Source of the DNA: Acidobacteriota bacterium
GTDB lineage: Bacteria; Acidobacteriota; Thermoanaerobaculia; Multivoradales; Multivoraceae
Direction of reading: 5' to 3'
NCBI GenBank assembly: GCA_026707325.1
Contig: JAPOXA010000007.1
Location: 20,775 to 84,774 of the forward strand
Length of the DNA: 64,000 nt
The stretch's first letter is position 1; every line of letters begins with the position of its first letter. The position numbers and the translations under genes were made by a program. Positions 17,701 to 27,625 of the stretch are shown piece after piece. The notes under the pieces are model-generated. The model did no database searches and was not told where the DNA came from. It saw only the letters and a program-made list of their open reading frames with translations.

Positions 17701-19203
17701 CTACAGGGTGCGGCGCCCCAGCCTGGGCAGGGCGCCGCCGAGGGCAATCAGGCTATACCCCTGGGCGAACAGGTAGAGAAAAGGCAGGGACCACCAGCGC
17801 CCGTAGAGTCCCGCGGCGGCGACGCAGACCCAGAAGTAGAGCGCGAGAGTCGCTTCGCCCCAGAGACTCCATACCGCGGCCGACCGGTAGAGCGCCGGCG
17901 GGTTCCGCGCGGCCGCCGGGATCTTCGGCGTGCGGGCGAAGACGCCGCCCCGGCGCAACAGCCCGCTGATCGTCGCGGCCGAGTTGTTGAGCGACAGACC
18001 GATGCCGATGGACATCGCGAGCGGCACGTCGAACCAGAACCTGGACCCGCGCCTCCCGGCCCGGCGCTGGCCGGCGGCGTAGCAACCGGCAACCGCCACC
18101 GTCCCGAGCAGGAACAGGGGCGCGTCGATCCACAGCAGAAGGTGCGGCGACTCCTGCCGCTCCAGGATCGCCGGCAACAGGAGAAGGCCGAGAGCCACGA
18201 GCAACGGGTAGCAGATGCCGGACGTGAGGTGCGCGGCAGCCGCCAGCTTGACCCGCGGCCTCACCCGGCTGCGCAGGATGCGCCCGAGGAGCTTGCGCAT
18301 CGTCTGGGCCGATCCCCGGGCCCAGCGGTGTTGCTGGCTCTTGAAGTCGTTGACCCGGGCCGGCAACTCCGCCGGCACCGCGAGGTCCGTCATCAGCTTG
18401 AAGCGCCATCCGGCGAGCTGGGCCCGATAGGAGAGATCGAGATCCTCGGTCAGGGTGTCGACCTGCCAGCCTCCCGCTTCCTCGATCGCGCGCCGCCGCC
18501 AGACGCCCGCGGTGCCGTTGAAGTTGAAGAAGCAGCCCGCCCGGTAGCGAGCCGCCTGCTCGACCAGGAAGTGGCCGTCGAGCAATACCGCCTGGGCGCG
18601 GGTCAGGAGCGAGTCCTTGCGGTTCATGTGGCCCCAGCACGCCTGGACCATGCCCAGGCCGGGATCGCGGAAGGCCGGCACCGTCCGCCGCAGGAAGTCG
18701 GGTTCCGGCACGAAGTCGGCATCGAAGATCGCCACCAGCTCCCCCCGCGCCTGCTCCAGACCGGCAGCCAGCGCACCGGCCTTGAAACCCCGCCGGTCCT
18801 TCCGCCGCAGGTGCCGAATGAGCGGCAGCGGCCGGTTCCGCCCGGACGCCCGGACGAGCTCGGCCTCGACCCGGTCGGCGGTGTCGTCGGTCGAGTCGTC
18901 GAGGATCTGGACCTCGAGCCGGTCCGCGGGGTAGTCGAAGTCGAGAACGGCGGCGATCAGCCGGGGCGCGACGTAGCGCTCGTTGTAGATCGGCAGTTGG
19001 ACGGTGACCAGGGGCCACGCGGCATTGCCCTGCGCGCTATCTTGGACCTCAGCGGAGTCCGTGCCGCCATCCTCGCCGGCGACCGGCGATCGCGACATGC
19101 GAAGCACCAGGAGCAGGACCAGCCGATGCAGTCCGTAGAGAGCGAGCGTACCGAGAACGGCGTAGTAGACCACCAGCGCCGCCAAACCTGTCGCTGACTC
19201 CAT
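17701..19203 (-). CDS. Membrane GT2 glycosyltransferase (cellulose-synthase-like)
   Basis: VQLPIYNE, LDDSTD, GFKAGAL, FDADF, LTEDLDLSYR, QQHRWARG; TM helices. Confidence 0.92.
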   Translation of the reverse strand: MESATGLAALVVYYAVLGTLALYGLHRLVLLLVLRMSRSPVAGEDGGTDSAEVQDSAQGNAAWPLVTVQLPIYNERYVAPRLIAAVLDFDYPADRLEVQILDDSTDDTADRVEAELVRASGRNRPLPLIRHLRRKDRRGFKAGALAAGLEQARGELVAIFDADFVPEPDFLRRTVPAFRDPGLGMVQACWGHMNRKDSLLTRAQAVLLDGHFLVEQAARYRAGCFFNFNGTAGVWRRRAIEEAGGWQVDTLTEDLDLSYRAQLAGWRFKLMTDLAVPAELPARVNDFKSQQHRWARGSAQTMRKLLGRILRSRVRPRVKLAAAAHLTSGICYPLLVALGLLLLPAILERQESPHLLLWIDAPLFLLGTVAVAGCYAAGQRRAGRRGSRFWFDVPLAMSIGIGLSLNNSAATISGLLRRGGVFARTPKIPAAARNPPALYRSAAVWSLWGEATLALYFWVCVAAAGLYGRWWSLPFLYLFAQGYSLIALGGALPRLGRRTL

Positions 19204-19226
19204 GTTTGGCCCCAGCCCCCACCTCA

Positions 19227-19282
19227 CCAGGAGCTTGCGCCCGCAGAATTCACGAGTGGCATTCTACGGCGCAAGCTCCTGG
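19227..19282. repeat. Long inverted repeat in a divergent promoter region
   Basis: CCAGGAGCTTGCGCC (19227-41) / GGCGCAAGCTCCTGG (19268-82), extending inward through CAGAAT / ATTCTA. Confidence 0.75.
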
Positions 19283-19301
19283 CAGCACGGACGTTGACGA
19301 T

Positions 19302-20702
19302 ATGGCAAGGCGACAAGGGTTCGGATTGCTGGCGGCGTCCTGGCCTCTGCTTGCCTGCTTCGCGTCGCTCCTGGCCCTCGACCTCGCCGGGCTCGGACCG
19401 GCGCCGGGCGCTCCGGGCGCCGGCGTCTCCTTCCTGCTGGTCCTGCTGCTGGCGTTCGCCGCGCTGTGGTGGGGGCTGCGCCGCCTGGGCGCGGAGCCGG
19501 ACTCGCGGCGCGCGGTTCCGGTCGCGGGCGTCCTGGCGGTGGCCGTCGTGCTCCGCCTGCTCGCTCTGCCGCTGACCCCGAGCCTCTCGGACGACGTCTA
19601 CCGCTACCTCTGGGACGGACGGGTCGCCGCGTCGGGAGCGAACCCGTATCTCCTGACGCCGGACGACGAGAGCCTCGCCGACTTGCGTGACGACCTGTGG
19701 CGGAAGACCGCTCATCGCGACGTCGCCACGGTGTATCCGCCGCTCGCGCTGGCAATGTTCGCCGGCGCCGCGGTCCTGCCCGAGCCGCTGCTCGCCTACA
19801 AGCTGGCGCTGGCCGCCATGGACCTGGCCGGCTGCGTGTTGCTGCTGGCGTTGGCGCGCCGTCGCGGCAACGGCTGGGCGGCTCTCGCGTACGTCTGGAA
19901 TCCGCTCCTGGTCGTCGAGGGCGCCGGCATGGGGCATATCGATGTGCTCGGCGCCTCCCTGGTCATCGCCTGCGTCTGGCTGCTCTCGGTGGGAAGGAAA
20001 GCCGGGGCCGGCGGCGCCGCCGCGCTTGCGGTGCTGGCGAAGCTGGTGCCTCTGGCGGTGCTGCCTCTCTGGTGGCGGCATGTGCGCGGCCGGGGGCAAC
20101 GGATGTTCGCGGTCGGCGCTGCCTCGCTGCTGCTGCCGGCGACGGTCGCCGTGCTGCTGTGGACTCGCGGCGTTCCACCGGGTCTCGTGGAGTACGCGCT
20201 GCGCTGGGAGTACAACGGTCCTCTCCACGAACCGCTGTGGCGCCTGATCGGCGTGCTGCGGCTCGACCTGGCCGCTTCCGGGATCGTCCACCTCGTGCGG
20301 TCGATCTTCGGCGGCGAGGTCGAGGCGGCGCCCTGGAGCACTCTCTATTCCTTCTCCTATCCCCAGTTCCTCGCCCGCCTCGTGCTCCTGGTCGCCGCCG
20401 CGGTTCTCTGGCTTCGCCTGTGGCGGCGGCGCCCGAAACCGGTCGCGGCTGCGTTCGGAGCCCTCGCCGTCGTTCTCCTGATGAGCCCCACGTTCTACCC
20501 GTGGTACCTGATCTGGATACTCCCCTGGGCGGCGCTGACCGGCACCCGCGCGGTCCTCGTGCTCTCCGCGACTTTGCCCCTAGCGTATCTTCCGGCTCTC
20601 GCCGGAGTCCCGTACTTTCCCTGGGTCTACGGCGCCGTATGGCTGCCGCCGCTGATTCTGCTGCTGCTCGCACACCGACGATCCGGGGCACCGCCACCGT
20701 GA
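19302..20702 (+). CDS. GT-C/GT87-like integral membrane glycosyltransferase
   Basis: LSDDVYRYLWDG, TVYPP, WNPL..EGAGMGHID, FYPWY..W; many TM helices. Confidence 0.82.
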   Translation: MARRQGFGLLAASWPLLACFASLLALDLAGLGPAPGAPGAGVSFLLVLLLAFAALWWGLRRLGAEPDSRRAVPVAGVLAVAVVLRLLALPLTPSLSDDVYRYLWDGRVAASGANPYLLTPDDESLADLRDDLWRKTAHRDVATVYPPLALAMFAGAAVLPEPLLAYKLALAAMDLAGCVLLLALARRRGNGWAALAYVWNPLLVVEGAGMGHIDVLGASLVIACVWLLSVGRKAGAGGAAALAVLAKLVPLAVLPLWWRHVRGRGQRMFAVGAASLLLPATVAVLLWTRGVPPGLVEYALRWEYNGPLHEPLWRLIGVLRLDLAASGIVHLVRSIFGGEVEAAPWSTLYSFSYPQFLARLVLLVAAAVLWLRLWRRRPKPVAAAFGALAVVLLMSPTFYPWYLIWILPWAALTGTRAVLVLSATLPLAYLPALAGVPYFPWVYGAVWLPPLILLLLAHRRSGAPPP

Positions 20703-21457
20703 AGTACCGCCTGCTGATCGCCTACGACGGCACCGACTACGCCGGCTGGCAACGCCAGGACAACGCCCTGGCGGTCCAGCAGGTGGTGGAGGAGGCGGTG
20801 GCGGCGGTCGTCGGCCGGAAGGTCACGGTCCATGGGGCCGGCCGCACCGACGCCGGCGTCCACGCCTCCGGGCAGACGGCGCACCTCAAGCTTCCCGCCG
20901 GGAACGTGCCGTCCGCCGAAACCCGCCGGGCGCTCGTCCAGGGTGTGAACCACCATCTTCCGGCGGCGGTCCGGGTGCTCGCCGCCGACGCCGCCGACGA
21001 CTCGTTTCACGCCCGCAACAGCGCCTCGTTCAAGGTCTACAGCTACCGGCTCTGCACCGCGGTCGTCATCGACCCGTTCCGGGCGCCTTTCGTCGTCCCG
21101 GCGCCGCGAAGGATCGACCTCGAGCCGATGAAGGCGGCCGCGGCGCTGATCGCGGGCCGGCACGACTTCTCGGCCTTCGCCAAGGCGGGCGGCAGCCACA
21201 GGAGTCCGGTGCGGACGATTCGCGAAGCCCGATGGACCGAACAGGGGGACGAGATCCGGTTCCGGGTCGCCGGCGACGGGTTCCTTCGCGGCATGGTCCG
21301 CGCCCTGGTGGGCACGATGCTGGAGGTGGGCCGCGGCCGCCGGACACCGGGCGATCTGGCGGCGCTGCTCGAGGGCGGTCCCCGCAGCGCCGCCGGACCG
21401 AACGCCCCCGCCCGCGGCCTGTGCCTGGACAGCGTGGAATACGATTCCCGCAAATGA
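20699..21457 (+). CDS. truA: tRNA pseudouridine(38-40) synthase
   Basis: IAYDGTDYAGWQRQ, GAGRTDAGVHASGQ, HDFSAF, FLRGMVR. Confidence 0.96.
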   Translation: MKYRLLIAYDGTDYAGWQRQDNALAVQQVVEEAVAAVVGRKVTVHGAGRTDAGVHASGQTAHLKLPAGNVPSAETRRALVQGVNHHLPAAVRVLAADAADDSFHARNSASFKVYSYRLCTAVVIDPFRAPFVVPAPRRIDLEPMKAAAALIAGRHDFSAFAKAGGSHRSPVRTIREARWTEQGDEIRFRVAGDGFLRGMVRALVGTMLEVGRGRRTPGDLAALLEGGPRSAAGPNAPARGLCLDSVEYDSRK

Positions 21458-22302
21458 AACGCGTTGTCACGGGCGTCGTGACCGCGGCGCTGACGGCCGC
21501 CCTGGTCCTCTACCTCGACCCCGTCCTGTTCGGAGTGGCGGCCACGCTCGTGATTCTCGTGGCCGCGGCCGAGTACAGCACCCTGGTGCAGCGGATCGTC
21601 GTCTCGCGCACCGTGAGTTGGGCGCTATGGCTCGCCGTCGGCATACTGGCCCTGGCCGACACGACCGCGAACGAGTTGATCGACGTGCCGCTGCCGGCCG
21701 GCCTGAGCGGCGCCGGCACCTGGTTCGCCGCCGCGGCCGCCATCCTCGCCCTGGCCACCGCGGTCGGACTCGCCAGCCACGCCGACATCCGCGATCGGCT
21801 CCTGACCTCGGCTCTGTTCGCGTTCGGCGCCCTCTGGCTCGGGCTGTTCCTGGTCGCCGCCATCAACCTCCACGTCGTCGAGCCGGTGCTCCTGCTCTGG
21901 GTCCTGGTCGTCGTGTCCCTGGGTGACATCGGCGCCTACTACGGCGGCCGCCTGCTCGGACGCCGGCAGCTGGCGCCGGTCCTCAGCCCGAAGAAGACGA
22001 TCGCGGGCGCGGTGAGCGGCCTGGCCGCCAGTTGCGCGGCCGGGGTCGCGGTCGTCCTGGTCTGGCGCGGTCCCGAAGCACTCGGCCTGGACGTCCCTGT
22101 CGTGGCGCTGCTATGCGGAGGCGCCGGACAGGCCGGAGACCTGGTCGAGTCGATGCTCAAGCGGGCCGTGCAGGTCAAGGACACGGGGGGCCTTCTGCCC
22201 GGCCACGGCGGACTGCTCGACCGTCTCGACAGCGTTCTGCTGGCGACGCCGGCGTTCTACGTCGCCATCCAGGCCGGGGCGACGCCATCGCTCCTGCCGT
22301 GA
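21454..22302 (+). CDS. cdsA: Phosphatidate cytidylyltransferase
   Basis: DIGAYYGGR, SPKKT, GDLVESMLKR..KDTGGLLPGHGGLLDRLDS. Confidence 0.95.
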   Translation: MKRVVTGVVTAALTAALVLYLDPVLFGVAATLVILVAAAEYSTLVQRIVVSRTVSWALWLAVGILALADTTANELIDVPLPAGLSGAGTWFAAAAAILALATAVGLASHADIRDRLLTSALFAFGALWLGLFLVAAINLHVVEPVLLLWVLVVVSLGDIGAYYGGRLLGRRQLAPVLSPKKTIAGAVSGLAASCAAGVAVVLVWRGPEALGLDVPVVALLCGGAGQAGDLVESMLKRAVQVKDTGGLLPGHGGLLDRLDSVLLATPAFYVAIQAGATPSLLP

Positions 22303-23495
22303 GCGCGCGAAAGCTGGCCGTACTCGGCGCCACCGGCTCGGTCGGTGAGGCGGCCCTTGCCGTGGCCCGCCGGCACCCGGACAGGCTCCAGGTGTGCGTG
22401 CTGGCGGCGAGAGGCACGAAGCCCGCGCGGCTCGCGGAGCTGGCACGCGAGTTCCGGCCCCGGCGGATCGTCGTCGAGACGGAAGCAGCCGCGGGGCGAC
22501 TGCGCGCCGACCTGCCGCCAGGCACAGGCGTCGGTTGGGGCGAAGCGGCCCTGGTCGACGCGGTCGGTGGCAGCCACGTCGATCTGGTCCTGACGGCGAT
22601 CGTCGGCGCGGCAGGACTCAGGCCCGCCGCCGCGGCCCTCGCCGCCGGCGCCGACCTGGCGCTCGCGAACAAGGAGGCGATGGTCGCCGCCGGCCCTCTC
22701 CTCCGCCGGCTGGCGGCCGCCTCGGGCGCGAAGATCCTGCCGGTCGACAGTGAACACGCCGCGATCCACCAGGCGCTGCGCGCGGGGCGACTCCGCGAGG
22801 TCAGGCGCCTCGTGCTGACCGCCTCGGGCGGCCCGTTCCTGGACCGCGACCCGGCCACCCTCGACACGGTGACTCCGGCCGAGGCAACGGCCCATCCGAC
22901 CTGGAACATGGGGGCCAAGATCAGCGTCGACTCCGCGACGCTGATGAACAAGGGACTGGAACTGATCGAGGCCAGCTACCTGTTCGACGTGCCGGGATCC
23001 CGGATCGACATCCTGATCCACCCGCAGTCGCTGGTTCACTCGATCGTCGAGTTCCGCGACGGCAACTCGATCGCCCAGATCTCCGCCAACGACATGGAGC
23101 ACCCCATCCGCTATGCCCTGTCCCATCCCGAACGCTGGCCGCTCCCCGACGACGGCGCCGCGAACGGGCTGAGCGAACTGCTCGAGGCGGCCTCCGAACT
23201 CAAGTTCAGAAGAGTGGACCCGGACGTGTTCCCGGCGCCGTCTCTGGCCCGTGAAGCGCTCAGCCGGGGGAACGGCGCGCCCGCGGCGCTCAACGCGGCG
23301 AACGAAACGGCGGTGGCGGCGTTCCTGGGCGGCACGGCGCCCTTTGCCGCCATCGTGCCGGCAGTGGCGGAAGTGCTCGACCGTCACGTCCGCGAGGCCG
23401 GCGGCGCGGAGCCGGCGACGATCGACGAGGCGCTGGAATGGGATTCCTGGGGTCGCCGCCGTGCCCGGGAAGTCCTCGCGCGCGTCGGCGGTTAG
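22299..23495 (+). CDS. dxr: 1-deoxy-D-xylulose 5-phosphate reductoisomerase
   Basis: LGATGSVG, LANKE, PVDSEH, TASGGPF, HPTWNMGAKISVDSATLMNKGLE, NAANE. Confidence 0.97.
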   Translation: MSARKLAVLGATGSVGEAALAVARRHPDRLQVCVLAARGTKPARLAELAREFRPRRIVVETEAAAGRLRADLPPGTGVGWGEAALVDAVGGSHVDLVLTAIVGAAGLRPAAAALAAGADLALANKEAMVAAGPLLRRLAAASGAKILPVDSEHAAIHQALRAGRLREVRRLVLTASGGPFLDRDPATLDTVTPAEATAHPTWNMGAKISVDSATLMNKGLELIEASYLFDVPGSRIDILIHPQSLVHSIVEFRDGNSIAQISANDMEHPIRYALSHPERWPLPDDGAANGLSELLEAASELKFRRVDPDVFPAPSLAREALSRGNGAPAALNAANETAVAAFLGGTAPFAAIVPAVAEVLDRHVREAGGAEPATIDEALEWDSWGRRRAREVLARVGG

Positions 23496-23503
23496 AGTCG
23501 CTA

Positions 23504-23567
23504 GCGCGGCAGATCCGGAAGCCCGCGCTTCGTGCCGGATGCCGGCGGGGACGCCGGCGCACCCAGT
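23504..23567 (-). repeat. REP/REPIN-like element, copy 6
   Basis: Minus strand ACTGGGTGCGCCGGCGTCCCCGCCGGC...; between dxr and rseP. Confidence 0.75.
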
Positions 23568-23599
23568 TCTGCCGCTCGCGTTCCGCGGTCTCTCGAACG

Positions 23600-24910
23600 A
23601 TGAACTTCCTGAGCAACATCCTGGCCTTCCTGGTCGTGATCGGGGTGATCATCTTCATCCACGAACTGGGGCACTTCCTGGCCGCGAGGCTGTTCCGGAT
23701 CAGAGTCCGGGTCTTCTCCGTCGGCATCGGTACCCGCCTCTGGGGCTTCGAGCGGAACGGCACGGAGTACCGGCTGGCCATGATTCCGCTCGGCGGCTAT
23801 GTCGCCTTCTCGGGAATCGACGCCGCGAACCCGACCGGCGACGCCGGCGACTTCACCGCCAAGCCGCGCTGGCAGCGAATGGTCGTTCTCCTGGCCGGCC
23901 CGGCGGCCAACGTCGTGCTGTCGATCGTCCTGATCGCGGCGGTGCTGATGGCCGGGACCGAGTTGGCGGGACCGCGAGACCTGAGCACCGAGATCGGCGG
24001 CGTGGCGCCCGATTCGGCCGCGGCCGAAGCCGGGCTGCTTGCGGGCGACTTCATCCTGCGACTGGACGGCGAGGAAGTGTCGGACTGGAGAGAGGTTTCG
24101 AACACCGTCCTGATGTCGCCGGAGCGCCGGCTCGCGATCGACTTCGAGCGCGACGGCGAAGCGCTGAGCACGGTCCTGGTCCCTCGCCGGATGCCGCGCT
24201 ACGAGCTGGGCGACGCCGGGCTCTACGCCAGCCTCCTGCCGCGGGTGCGCCAGGTGTTCGAAGACACGCCGGCCGAGCAGGCGGGGTTGCGCTACGGAGA
24301 CACGCTCTACGCCGTCGACGGCCATCCCGTCGCCAACGCGGACGACTTCCGGCGGCTCGTCGAGCCGCGCGCGGGCCAGGAAGTGAGCCTCGAGATCGGC
24401 CGCGGCGAGGATCGTCTGGTCGTGCCGCTCGTGCCGGAGGAGGAGGGCGGGGTCGGCCGCGCCGGCATCGCGATCAGCCATTTCTCCTATCAGCGCGTCG
24501 GCCCGGTCGCGGCCATCGCCGAAAGCGCCCGGATCAACTGGGAGACGACGACCGAGATCTTCGACTTCCTGGGCGGCATGCTGGAACGGCGCGTTTCGCC
24601 GCAGAGCGCGCTGGCCGGCCCGATCGAGATCAGCCGGATCAGCGGTCAGGCGGCTCGCAGGAGCTTCAGCGACCTGGTGTTCCTGATGGCCCTGATCAGC
24701 CTGAACCTCTGCATCCTGAACCTGCTGCCCATCCCGATCCTCGACGGCGGCCAGCTCGCCATCCTGCTGTTCGAGAGCGTTCTGCGACGCGACCTCTCCC
24801 TCCAGGTCAAGAGCCTGGTCACCCAGTTCGGTCTGGCTCTGGTCGTCGCCATCATGCTGTTCGCGATCTACTCCGACCTGGTGAAGAACCTGCCCGGCCT
24901 CGGGCGCTGA
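23600..24910 (+). CDS. rseP: RIP metalloprotease with two PDZ domains
   Basis: HELGH, IPLGGYV, AGPAAN, NLLPIPILDGG. Confidence 0.95.
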   Translation: MNFLSNILAFLVVIGVIIFIHELGHFLAARLFRIRVRVFSVGIGTRLWGFERNGTEYRLAMIPLGGYVAFSGIDAANPTGDAGDFTAKPRWQRMVVLLAGPAANVVLSIVLIAAVLMAGTELAGPRDLSTEIGGVAPDSAAAEAGLLAGDFILRLDGEEVSDWREVSNTVLMSPERRLAIDFERDGEALSTVLVPRRMPRYELGDAGLYASLLPRVRQVFEDTPAEQAGLRYGDTLYAVDGHPVANADDFRRLVEPRAGQEVSLEIGRGEDRLVVPLVPEEEGGVGRAGIAISHFSYQRVGPVAAIAESARINWETTTEIFDFLGGMLERRVSPQSALAGPIEISRISGQAARRSFSDLVFLMALISLNLCILNLLPIPILDGGQLAILLFESVLRRDLSLQVKSLVTQFGLALVVAIMLFAIYSDLVKNLPGLGR

Positions 24911-24921
24911 AGGCGGCCCCG

Positions 24922-25704
24922 ATGACGATGGCAGGCAAACTCCGGAACTGGACGGGCAAGGCGATACGCCATCCCTGGCTCAGGCGAGGCGTGCTCCTCG
25001 CGGCCTACGGGGGCCTGCTCGTCGCCCTGCTGGGCGCTTCGTCCTACCTGGCGCTTTCGAACTTCGTCCGCAGCGGCGTCATCGCGGTACCCGACCTGGT
25101 TGGCCTTGACCGAAGCCAGGCCGAAGCGGGCCTCGCCACCGCGGGCCTGGCATTGCAGCGCGTGGAGGACGACCGGTTCGACGAGGCGGTCCCGGCGGGC
25201 CATGTGCTCCGGCAGGACCCGCCCGCCGGCAGCGCGGTCAAGGAAGGCAGCGGCGTGATCGTGTACCTGTCGCGCGGCCTGGAGCTCGTCGAGACGCCGG
25301 ACCTGAGCGGCCAGGTACTGCAGACGGCCCAGGTGAGCCTGACGGCCTCGGGCCTGCAGATGGGCAGGAGCCGGAACGTGTTCGCCGAGTCCGGCGTGCC
25401 GGGCACCGTGGTCCGCCAGGACCCTCCTGCCGGCAGCCGGATCGACCCTTCGTCCCAGGTGGACTTGATGGTCAGCCTGGCCAACCCCGGGGCGACGTAC
25501 GTCATGCCGGACCTGATCGACCTGCCAGAGGACCCGGTCCGCGACTTCTTCGAGACGCGCGGATTCCGGCTCGGAAGGGTAAAGTACGAACCCTACGAAG
25601 GCGTCCCAGCCGGGATCATCCTGCGTCAATACCCGCTTCCGGGTCACCCCCTGCGCCAGAGCGATTCGATCGCCCTCGTCGTAGCCGCGCAAGACAGCCG
25701 CTGA
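24922..25704 (+). CDS. Membrane-anchored PASTA-repeat protein
   Basis: One TM then three repeats: VPDLVG..QDPPAG, TPDLSG..QDPPAG, MPDLI..QYPLPG. Confidence 0.88.
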   Translation: MTMAGKLRNWTGKAIRHPWLRRGVLLAAYGGLLVALLGASSYLALSNFVRSGVIAVPDLVGLDRSQAEAGLATAGLALQRVEDDRFDEAVPAGHVLRQDPPAGSAVKEGSGVIVYLSRGLELVETPDLSGQVLQTAQVSLTASGLQMGRSRNVFAESGVPGTVVRQDPPAGSRIDPSSQVDLMVSLANPGATYVMPDLIDLPEDPVRDFFETRGFRLGRVKYEPYEGVPAGIILRQYPLPGHPLRQSDSIALVVAAQDSR

Positions 25705-25748
25705 ACCCGCTCGCTGAACCTGCAAAGCACGCCCGCAAGAACCCAACG

Positions 25749-26402
25749 ATGAAGATTGCGCCTTCGATCCTGGCGGCGGACCTCGCCGACCTCGCCTCCG
25801 CGGTCAGACTCTGCGAGGACGGCGGCGCGCAGTTGATCCACGTCGACGTGATGGACGGCCACTTCGTGCCCAACCTGACCTTCGGCCCGCCGGTGATCGT
25901 CGACCTGGCCAGGCGAACGCGCGTCGGCTTCGACATCCACCTGATGGTCTCGAACCCCGAAGCGCTCCTCGACCGGTATCTCGACAGCGGGCCGGCCTGG
26001 GTGTCGATCCACCACGAAGCGACGGAGGAGCCGGGTCGGCTTGCGGCGCGCATCCGCGAGCGCGGCGCCGGCGCCGGCGTGGCGATCAACCCGGCGACGC
26101 CGCTGGACGAACTCCTGCCCTACCTGGACCAACTGGACTTCGTCCTGCTCATGTCGGTCGTGCCCGGTTTCGCCGGCCAGGCCTTCCACCCCGAGGTGCT
26201 CGACAAGGCCCGGCGCCTCCGCGCCGTCGTCGACGAGCGGGGTCTGCCCGTGAGCATCGAGATGGACGGCGGCATCAAGCCCGGCAACCTCGACGAAGTG
26301 GCCGTCGCCGGCGTCGATGTCGCCGTCGTCGGTTCCGGCGTCTTCGCGGCGGACCGGCCGGTCGAGACCCTGACCGCGCTCCGACGGCAGGCGGGCGAAT
26401 GA
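25749..26402 (+). CDS. rpe: Ribulose-phosphate 3-epimerase
   Basis: IAPSILAAD, HVDVMDGHFVPNLTFG, MSVVPGFAGQ, DGG. Confidence 0.97.
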   Translation: MKIAPSILAADLADLASAVRLCEDGGAQLIHVDVMDGHFVPNLTFGPPVIVDLARRTRVGFDIHLMVSNPEALLDRYLDSGPAWVSIHHEATEEPGRLAARIRERGAGAGVAINPATPLDELLPYLDQLDFVLLMSVVPGFAGQAFHPEVLDKARRLRAVVDERGLPVSIEMDGGIKPGNLDEVAVAGVDVAVVGSGVFAADRPVETLTALRRQAGE

Positions 26403-27274
26403 ACCGTCGCGGCGCGCAAATCCTGCTGGCGACGGCGCTGGCCCTGACCGCCGCGTGCGGCGGCGTCAAGGACGATCCCCTCCTCCGGCTCTCGTCGGCC
26501 GAGGCCCTGGAGATCGGCAAGCAACTGCTGGAAGACGAGAAGTTCACGCAGGCGCGCGAACACCTCGTCCATGCCTTCGAGGTCGAACCGAACTCCGAGA
26601 CCGGCCGTGAAGGACTTCTGCTGGCCGCGGACGCCCTGTTCCGGCGTGGCGGCTACCAGTCGTACGTAGAAGCCGAGCAGCGCTACCGGGACTTCCTGAA
26701 CCGCTTCCCGACCTCCGACCAGGCGGCGTACGCCCAGTTCCGTCTCGCCGCCTCGCTCGCCGAACGAATGGAGAAGCCGGACCGCGATCAGCAGACGGCC
26801 CGGCTGGCGCTGACCGAGTTCGAGAACGTCCGCCGGCTGTATCCGACCAGTCAGTTCGCCGGTCAGGCCGCCCAGCGCATCGTCGAGGTCCGCAACCACC
26901 TGGCGGAGCATGAGTTCGTCGTCGGGGCCTTCTACTACCGTTTCCGTACTCCCACGGCTGCGGGGAATCGCTTCAGGGAGATGCTCGAGCAGTACCCGGA
27001 CTACCCGGAGCCCGACAAGATCCTCGCCCACATGTGCCTCACGTACCGGCTGGTGCTCCAGCAGATTCCGAGCAGGTTGGGACTCGACCGCTACGAGTAC
27101 CTGCGCGAAGCCTGCGATCGGCTGCGCAGCGAGTTCCCGGACAGCCCCTGGCTCAAGAAGGCGCCCTCGGAGGAGCAGCTCCGGAAACTCCGAGTCAAGG
27201 TGCCGGCTTCGCCCATCCGGCCAGACCGGGATCGACCGGATGGCCCGCTCACGGACGAGAACGCCGACAACTGA
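26399..27274 (+). CDS. bamD: Outer-membrane assembly lipoprotein BamD
   Basis: Lipobox LTAAC, FLNRFPTS, DRDQ, LAEHEFVVGAFYY. Confidence 0.88.
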   Translation: MNRRGAQILLATALALTAACGGVKDDPLLRLSSAEALEIGKQLLEDEKFTQAREHLVHAFEVEPNSETGREGLLLAADALFRRGGYQSYVEAEQRYRDFLNRFPTSDQAAYAQFRLAASLAERMEKPDRDQQTARLALTEFENVRRLYPTSQFAGQAAQRIVEVRNHLAEHEFVVGAFYYRFRTPTAAGNRFREMLEQYPDYPEPDKILAHMCLTYRLVLQQIPSRLGLDRYEYLREACDRLRSEFPDSPWLKKAPSEEQLRKLRVKVPASPIRPDRDRPDGPLTDENADN

Positions 27275-27298
27275 ACGGGGCTCGCGCCGGCGTTCCTG

Positions 27299-27307
27299 TG
27301 CTAAAGT
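27299..27307 (+). promoter_or_regulatory. Putative extended -10 promoter (TGCTAAAGT)
   Basis: TGCTAnnnT motif before the Fis-like gene. Confidence 0.4.
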
Positions 27308-27331
27308 CGCTGTTTCGGCACGTGACTCGCG

Positions 27332-27625
27332 TTGAAGCCACTCAGCCCAGACGACCGCTTTCCGGACGACGCGAACGACGATCTCAACGGCCAGCTTGAT
27401 CGCCTCGTGAACCAGTTGGCTTCCCAGGGTGTCACCTTGGCACAGGCCCGCGAGATCTTCGAACGGCAGTTCATCCTCGCTTCCCTACGACTCAACCAGG
27501 GCAACATCACCAACTCGGCAAACCACCTGGGCCTCCATCGCAACACGTTGCGGAACAAGGTCGCAGCGCTTCAGATACAAGCCGCTGACTACCGAGGCTC
27601 CAGCAAGAGGATTCAGTCGAGCTAA
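27332..27625 (+). CDS. Fis-like HTH DNA-binding protein
   Basis: FERQFI..GNITNSANHLGLHRNTLRNK (HTH_8). Confidence 0.85.
   Translation: MKPLSPDDRFPDDANDDLNGQLDRLVNQLASQGVTLAQAREIFERQFILASLRLNQGNITNSANHLGLHRNTLRNKVAALQIQAADYRGSSKRIQSS

Noticed and set aside
27316-27330. Sigma-54-like GG-N10-GC (CGGCACGTGACTCGC)
   Set aside because: Too close to the probable TTG start, imperfect, and an extended -10 motif lies just upstream.
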